A DNA stretch of 64,000 bases. Source: an uncultured Pseudomonadota bacterium. GTDB lineage: Bacteria; Pseudomonadota; Gammaproteobacteria; Steroidobacterales; Steroidobacteraceae. Below, one piece after another: positions 58,867 through 64,000 of the stretch (position 1 is the stretch's first letter; every line of letters starts with the position of its first letter). The stretch spans positions 56,173 to 120,172 of the forward strand of contig CAWFXI010000011.1 in assembly GCA_963819685.1 (NCBI GenBank), read 5' to 3'. The notes below the pieces were generated by a model that made no database searches, was not told where the DNA came from, and saw nothing but the letters and a program-made list of their open reading frames with translations. The position numbers were made by a program, and so were the translations under genes.

Positions 58867-59637
58867 AAGCCCGACCTGGCCGGCTGCGACATCGTCTTCA
58901 CCATGGTGTCGACCACGGCGGACCTGAAGGAAGTGCTGTTCGAAGCCGGCGGCCTGCTATCGGGCAAGGCGAAGCCGACAATGATCGTCGACTGCTCGTC
59001 GATTTCGCAGGAAGGGTCGGCCGAAGTGCGGGCGCGCCTGGAACAGCTCGGCATCGCCTACCTGTGCGCGCCGGTATCGGGCAATGCGAAGGTGGCCAAG
59101 GCCGGCAAGCTTTCAGTAGTGGCGTCGGGTCCGAAGGCCTCGTATGAGACCGTCAAGCCTTATCTCGCCATGCTGGGGCGCTCGGAGATCTGGCTCGGCG
59201 AGGGCGAACTGGCGCGGATCTGGAAGATCGCGCACAACACCATGTTCGGCGTCATCATCCAGACTTTCTGCGAGGTCACGGTGCTGGCCGAAAAGGCAGG
59301 GATTCCGCGGCATGTGTTCCTCGAATCGATCAACAACTCCGTGCTGGGCTCGATGTACACGAAGTACAAGACGCCGGTGCTGACCAACCTTACCTTCGAC
59401 AAGGTCACCTTCACGCCGAAGCTGTTGCTGAAGGACATGGACCTCGGTATGGCCGCAGCCAAGGCGCACGGCGTCACCATGCCGGTGGCGGCGGCGACGC
59501 GTGAGTCGATCGCCGCGCTGGTCGGTCGCGGCCACGACAATGTCGATTTCTCGATCCTGCTGCTGGAACTGGCGCGCAGTGCAGGCATGGAGATCAAGCC
59601 AGACAACGTCGAGATGAGCGACGGGCTGGAGTCCTGA
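58867..59637 (+). CDS. HIBADH-family oxidoreductase, C-terminal part
   Basis: KPDLAGCDIVFTMVSTTADLKEVLF...VDCSSIS...APVSGNAKVAKAGKLSVVASG...IAHNTMFGVIIQ. The ORF track begins at ATG 58903. Confidence 0.75.
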   Translation, partial: KPDLAGCDIVFTMVSTTADLKEVLFEAGGLLSGKAKPTMIVDCSSISQEGSAEVRARLEQLGIAYLCAPVSGNAKVAKAGKLSVVASGPKASYETVKPYLAMLGRSEIWLGEGELARIWKIAHNTMFGVIIQTFCEVTVLAEKAGIPRHVFLESINNSVLGSMYTKYKTPVLTNLTFDKVTFTPKLLLKDMDLGMAAAKAHGVTMPVAAATRESIAALVGRGHDNVDFSILLLELARSAGMEIKPDNVEMSDGLES

Positions 59638-59641
59638 GTCG

Positions 59642-61003
59642 ATGGCTGCAAGTCGCACCCTGATTCGTGGCGCCAGCATCGTCTCGATGGACGAAGGAGT
59701 CGGCGACCTGGTCGGCGATGTACTGGTTGAAGGCGACCGTATTGCCGCGATCGCACCGTCATTGCAGGCAGGCGATGCAGAAGTCGTCGAGGCCAGGGGC
59801 TGGATTGTCATCCCTGGCTTGATCAACGCTCACATGCACACCTGGCAGACGGCGTTGCGCGGCGTAGCCGCCAACTGGACCCTGCTCGAATACTTCAAGC
59901 ATGTGCACGCGGGCCTCGCGACGGTGTTCCGGCCCGAAGACATCGCCATCGGCACTCTGGTCGGTGGGCTGAACCAGATCAACTGCGGTACCACCACGCT
60001 GGTCGACTGGTGCCACAACAATCCAACCCCCGCACATACCGATGCCGGCATCGACGGTCTCATCGCCTCCGGAATTCGCGCCGCGTTCTTCCATGGCAGC
60101 CCCAAGCCCGATCCGAAGCCGGGCGAGAAACCGTTCTGGGAAGTGCCGCATCCACGCGACGAAGTGCAGCGCCTGCTCAAGCACAGGTTGCCCACCAAAG
60201 ACGGACTGGTGACCCTGGGGCTGGCGATCCTCGGGCCCCATTACTCGACGCTGGACGTGGCCTTGTCCGATTTCGCACTGGCGCGCGAGTTCGGCCTGAT
60301 CGCCTCGATGCACCAGGGCGGTGGCGCTGCCAGAACGCCGGACGGCTGGGAGCGTCTCGAAGAGGCCGGCCTGCTGGGCGACAACATCAACATCGTGCAC
60401 GGCAATAATCTGACCGATGCGCAGCTGAAAAAATTTGTCGACCTCGGCATGAGCTTTTCGGTCACGCCGGAAAACGAAATGGTGCAGGGTCACGGCCACC
60501 CGATCACCGGTCGCCTGCTGAAGCTGGGCACCGGCCCGACGCTGGGAGTCGACCTCGAATCGGTGCTGTCAGGCGAGATGTTCACCGTGGCGCGCATGGC
60601 GCTCGCCATGCAGCGCACCCTCGACAACGCCGACTGGCGCGCCGCGCACGGCACGATTCCCGATACCTCCACGATTCCGGTGAAGGAAGCATTGTCGTGG
60701 ATCACGACACGCGCCGCGAAAATGCTGCGCATGGAAGACCACATCGGCTCCCTCAAAGCCGGCAAGCAGGCTGATCTGGTGCTGATCGATGCAACCCAGC
60801 TCAACATGCACCCGGTGCACGACCCGGTGGCGGCGGTGGTGATGCAGACCAGCCTGGCCAACATCGATTCGGTGATGGTGGCCGGAGAATGGAAGAAGCG
60901 CCACGGCAGGCTGCTCTACCCCGACCTGCAGGCGCGACAACAGGAACTGGTCGCGTCGGGCAACCGCATCCTCGCCAAACTTGGCTTGAACCACGCCGCA
61001 TAA
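59642..61003 (+). CDS. Amidohydrolase-superfamily protein (TRZ/ATZ / aminohydrolase-like)
   Basis: 453 aa. IVIPGLINAHMHTWQTALRG (HxH metal motif), IASMHQGGG, NIVHGNNL, and DHIGSLKAGKQADLVLID. Confidence 0.85.
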   Translation: MAASRTLIRGASIVSMDEGVGDLVGDVLVEGDRIAAIAPSLQAGDAEVVEARGWIVIPGLINAHMHTWQTALRGVAANWTLLEYFKHVHAGLATVFRPEDIAIGTLVGGLNQINCGTTTLVDWCHNNPTPAHTDAGIDGLIASGIRAAFFHGSPKPDPKPGEKPFWEVPHPRDEVQRLLKHRLPTKDGLVTLGLAILGPHYSTLDVALSDFALAREFGLIASMHQGGGAARTPDGWERLEEAGLLGDNINIVHGNNLTDAQLKKFVDLGMSFSVTPENEMVQGHGHPITGRLLKLGTGPTLGVDLESVLSGEMFTVARMALAMQRTLDNADWRAAHGTIPDTSTIPVKEALSWITTRAAKMLRMEDHIGSLKAGKQADLVLIDATQLNMHPVHDPVAAVVMQTSLANIDSVMVAGEWKKRHGRLLYPDLQARQQELVASGNRILAKLGLNHAA

Positions 61004-62071
61004 ATGCGCCCCGGATCGGAATCAACGGGAAAATCAGCCATGCCAAACATACGGTCAGCACACCTGGTAGGGAGCCTGAGCCTGCCTTCAGCCAGGGAAG
61101 TATTCGAGGATGTCGCAACCATTGCGGGTTCTGCGATCAAGCGGATCCCCGATGGAGAGACGGGAGAGCGCGGTCGATGGGTCGCCTGGCAGATCGGGAC
61201 GATGGCCCGGAATCCCTTCCTGCAGGAACTCGAGGCCCCGGATTCGGCGTCAACCGAATACAAACAGGTGACCCGGTACGTGATCAAGCCTGGTGTTTCG
61301 GCGTCGGAAGTTCGCTTCGACAAACTCGGTTACGCCGAGGTCGCGCTGGAATCGTACGCGAGTTTCGCCAAGCTGAAGCGCGAGGGCCGTATTGGGAAAG
61401 ACGTTCGCTTCCAGGTCTCCTTGCCCACTCCCCTGCCGTTGTTGACGGGGTTCATCGACCTGCGTGACCAGGCGGCTGTGGAACCGCCGCTGGAGGCGGC
61501 CTTGCTGCGCGAGATGGCAGAGATCGCCCGCAGCGTTCCGCACCATGAACTCGCCATCCAGTGGGATGTCGCGGCTGAGATCGCCATCCTTGAGACCGAC
61601 CTGTTCCCGTCATTTCTGAAGGGCAACAAGCAGGGAATGATTGAACGACTTGCGCGGCTTGGCGATGCCGTCCCGGCGGACGTCGAAATGGGCTATCACC
61701 TGTGCTACGGGAGCAATGGACAGAAGCACTTCAAGGAGCCAGCCGATACGGGACTGATGGTGGAAATCGCCAACGGCATCTTCAGCCGTGTGCACCGGCC
61801 CGTAAACTGGATTCATATGCCCGTTCCCATTGACCGCGACGATGACGCTTACTTCGCGCCGCTTCGCAATTTGCAGCTGCCGCAAGGCACAGAGCTGTAT
61901 CTCGGCCTCTTGCATCATGATGACGGTCTCACGGGCGCCCAGCGGCGGATGTCGTCGGCCTCTCGCTATGTGCAGAACTTCGGTGTGGCTTCCGAATGCG
62001 GACTGAGTGGCCGCACTCCCGTCTGGACCCGGGAGATGCTCGCGCTCCACCGGCAAGTCGCCGACGCGTGA
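61004..62071 (+). CDS. Hypothetical protein, possibly MetE-like (UROD/MetE superfamily) Zn enzyme
   Basis: AHLVGSL near the N-terminus, GYHLCYG (H-x-C) and ASECGLSG (C-G-L) recall the Zn ligands of cobalamin-independent methionine-synthase-like proteins. Weak, motif-level only. An alternative start lies at ATG 61040. Confidence 0.45.
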   Translation: MRPGSESTGKSAMPNIRSAHLVGSLSLPSAREVFEDVATIAGSAIKRIPDGETGERGRWVAWQIGTMARNPFLQELEAPDSASTEYKQVTRYVIKPGVSASEVRFDKLGYAEVALESYASFAKLKREGRIGKDVRFQVSLPTPLPLLTGFIDLRDQAAVEPPLEAALLREMAEIARSVPHHELAIQWDVAAEIAILETDLFPSFLKGNKQGMIERLARLGDAVPADVEMGYHLCYGSNGQKHFKEPADTGLMVEIANGIFSRVHRPVNWIHMPVPIDRDDDAYFAPLRNLQLPQGTELYLGLLHHDDGLTGAQRRMSSASRYVQNFGVASECGLSGRTPVWTREMLALHRQVADA

Positions 62072-62084
62072 GATCGCAGGAAAT

Positions 62085-63011
62085 CTAGGCCGGCACGCCG
62101 ATAACGATATTGCCGACGTATCCTGCCGCAATGCTGCCGGTCAACACCGGCGTCATTGCGGTAATTTGCGCCGCGGTATTGTTCCCGAAGACGTTATCGT
62201 TGCCCGTCGTCACGCTCGCAAGGTTGGTCACGCTGGTCGCATAACCCGAAGCGCCGCTGTAAACGCTGCTGCAGACATCGCGAGGCAGGGCCATCTGGGA
62301 AGTAAGCACCTTGTTCGTATAGAGCGTTGCAAGCGAGAGCGTCGGATACACCTCGAAATGAATGTGCGGATAGCGGCCTGAATAGCAGCCGGGGAAGATC
62401 GTCTGGAAGGTGACGAGTCCACTGGCATCTGTCACCTGCACGCCTCTCAGGAAGTTCTGATCCTGAACCGACGGGGAGTACAGCGAGTAGGCGCCTTCGC
62501 GCGTGCAGTGCCAAAGATAAATTGCGTAGCCAGCGAGCGGCGCACAGAGGTTGTTCGAGTTCAGTACCGTCAGCGTCAAGGTCAGCGGCACGCCGCCAGC
62601 CACTCCAATGAAGCCGCCGAAGCTGCTGCGAATGTCGTTACGGACGATGCCGCTCTCCACCAGTACATTGGAGGCAGCCCCATTCACGGTGTTTGAGCCA
62701 TCCGACGGATACGGTCCTGCCGTTTCTTCCGGATCGGCAATACAAGTGCCGTTTGTGGACGTTCCTGAGGAACCGCCACTGGAGCCGGTTGAACCAGTTG
62801 TTGTCATTGTCCCGCCCGCTGCAGTCGTGTTTGTCGATGAGGCTCCGCTCCCCTCACTACCACCACCGCAACCCGCCATCAATGCAACAGCACTTCCGGA
62901 AAGCATCCATCCGAGAACGCGCCGTCGCTCCCGAAGTGCTGCCATCTGTTCAAGGTCGTAAGCAAGTCCACGATCGTGTTCGTCGTGGACGTCGGTTGAC
63001 ACCATTTTCAT
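62085..63011 (-). CDS. Secreted intradiol ring-cleavage dioxygenase-like protein (Tat signal/lipobox, Ser/Thr/Gly-rich linker)
   Basis: RERRRVLGWMLSGSAVALMAGC, then a ~50-aa S/T/G low-complexity linker. This is followed by EETAGPYP..., HCTREGAYS and FPGCYSGRYPHIHFEV (dioxygenase-type YxxRxxHIHF block). ATG 63011 is an internal start of ORF 62085-63122. Confidence 0.65.
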   Translation of the reverse strand: MKMVSTDVHDEHDRGLAYDLEQMAALRERRRVLGWMLSGSAVALMAGCGGGSEGSGASSTNTTAAGGTMTTTGSTGSSGGSSGTSTNGTCIADPEETAGPYPSDGSNTVNGAASNVLVESGIVRNDIRSSFGGFIGVAGGVPLTLTLTVLNSNNLCAPLAGYAIYLWHCTREGAYSLYSPSVQDQNFLRGVQVTDASGLVTFQTIFPGCYSGRYPHIHFEVYPTLSLATLYTNKVLTSQMALPRDVCSSVYSGASGYATSVTNLASVTTGNDNVFGNNTAAQITAMTPVLTGSIAAGYVGNIVIGVPA

Positions 63012-63369
63012 GATCGAGTTGCGCTCCAAAGCCAGCACCCGCCGATCATGTTGAATGACAGCATTCGTGAATGCTGTAAATAAATGTAACGCGCCCGGGA
63101 ACCCGGCTCCATGGTAAGTCATTCAAAATGCCCCCGCACTGCCGGCCTGTAGACAGACGGTTCACTCTTCGGGTCCTTTGATCACGTCGATTCCCGCATG
63201 CAGCCCCATCACACCGGCAATCAGATAGCGGTTGAGCGGATTGGTGCTGAGCAGACTCGCAGGCAGACAAGATCTGCCCGGTGTGGCTGCGACTTCGATT
63301 TGAACTAACAGTCTGGATGTGGACGTCGGACTACGTCTAAGGTATTCGGGGCGATTGGGCTCCCTCCCC

Positions 63370-64000
63370 TCACAAAGGTACCCATGCCAGCCCGTCCGGC
63401 TCCCGGCCGGTAGCGATTTTTGCCGTCACTGCCAGTGTCTTCATGTCGATGACAGCGACACGGTCGTCACCCGACAAAGCAACATAGGCGCGAGCACCAT
63501 CGGGCGTGATGAGGATACCGGTGGGGCGACTGCCGACAGCGAGTCGCACCCGTTCGGTTCGTGCTCGCGCATCCAGCACGATCAGCTCGCCACCTGCAAA
63601 GTCAGAGACGAGCACCAGCCGCCCGTCGGGCGTGAATTTCAACCGGTTCGAACGTCGTGTCCGCGCGTCGAAGGTTGCGACGACTTTCTTCGCTGCGGTA
63701 TCGATGATTGAGATCCCGCCATCCCTGGAGTGTGCCGTCCACAACTCACGTCCATCGGGGGAAAGGTCGAGTCCTTCGGGTCCGGCACCGACACGTACGA
63801 TCGTTTGCTGCCACGGGCCACTCGCCGCGCGTTCGATGATGCTGATGCTGCTGGAACCTATATTGGCTGCATACAGCGTCGCACCATCGCGACTCGCAAT
63901 GACCATGTGCGTGACATCCTGTCCGGTAGCGAATGTCCAATCGACGGCTGCTGTCTCTGAGTCGAGACGGCCAACAACCCCTGCGCCTTCTGCAGTGAAG
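63370..64000 (-). CDS. YVTN-type beta-propeller repeat protein (C-terminal part; gene continues past the right edge)
   Basis: Repeats of the form ...GAGPEGLDLSPDGRELW..., ...SNRLKFTPDGRLVLVSD... and ...GSRPTGILITPDGARAYVA... The frame stays open from 63906 to 64000. Confidence 0.65.
   Translation of the reverse strand, partial: FTAEGAGVVGRLDSETAAVDWTFATGQDVTHMVIASRDGATLYAANIGSSSISIIERAASGPWQQTIVRVGAGPEGLDLSPDGRELWTAHSRDGGISIIDTAAKKVVATFDARTRRSNRLKFTPDGRLVLVSDFAGGELIVLDARARTERVRLAVGSRPTGILITPDGARAYVALSGDDRVAVIDMKTLAVTAKIATGREPDGLAWVPL

Noticed and set aside
63123-63369. Open minus-strand frame after the propeller gene, ending ...LLSTNPLNRYLIAGVMGLHAGIDVIKGPEE*.
   Set aside because: It has no start codon with an RBS, is very short and has no recognisable family. 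It is probably non-coding or a gene remnant.

Overview
High-GC chromosomal window whose gene order looks gammaproteobacterial (Xanthomonadales/Nevskiales-like). The taxon is inference only. Three housekeeping synteny blocks dominate. (i) fabD-fabG-acpP-fabF-pabB-pabC-mltG-tmk-holB-pilZ at 1.6-10.5 kb on the + strand. (ii) ligA-zipA-smc at 21.8-28.3 kb on the - strand, followed by dksA-gluQ-phaR. (iii) pnp-rpsO-truB-rbfA-infB-nusA-rimP at 31.2-39.8 kb on the - strand. The left edge carries T2SS pseudopilins gspG and gspH, divergent from a rhombosortase gene. The accessory stretches contain the following. A cNMP/rhodanese gene and a fadJ-like gene. A lower-GC islet at 13.8-16.7 kb with an EEP nuclease/phosphatase, a stand-alone TIR-like protein and two small orphan proteins. 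Two tandem ~710-aa haem-c lipoprotein paralogs with mosaic near-identical blocks at 16.7-21.1 kb. sodB, an STN-type TonB-dependent receptor and tctBAC. A Cys-less glutaredoxin-like gene, a PQQ sugar dehydrogenase, a DUF4159 gene and a HAMP-GGDEF-EAL protein. An MFS transporter and a planctomycete-type PSCyt1/DUF1549/DUF1553 + DUF1501 pair. A putative catabolic cluster at 58.7-64 kb. I recognised no rRNA, tRNA, CRISPR array, transposase or integrase. At least seven genes are interrupted by single-base frame breaks. Every break I could resolve is one extra base in a short homopolymer, which points to assembly error rather than true pseudogenes. The best candidates for something undescribed are the tandem haem-c/propeller-like lipoproteins and the TIR-like islet. 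Both are hypotheses, not demonstrated systems.
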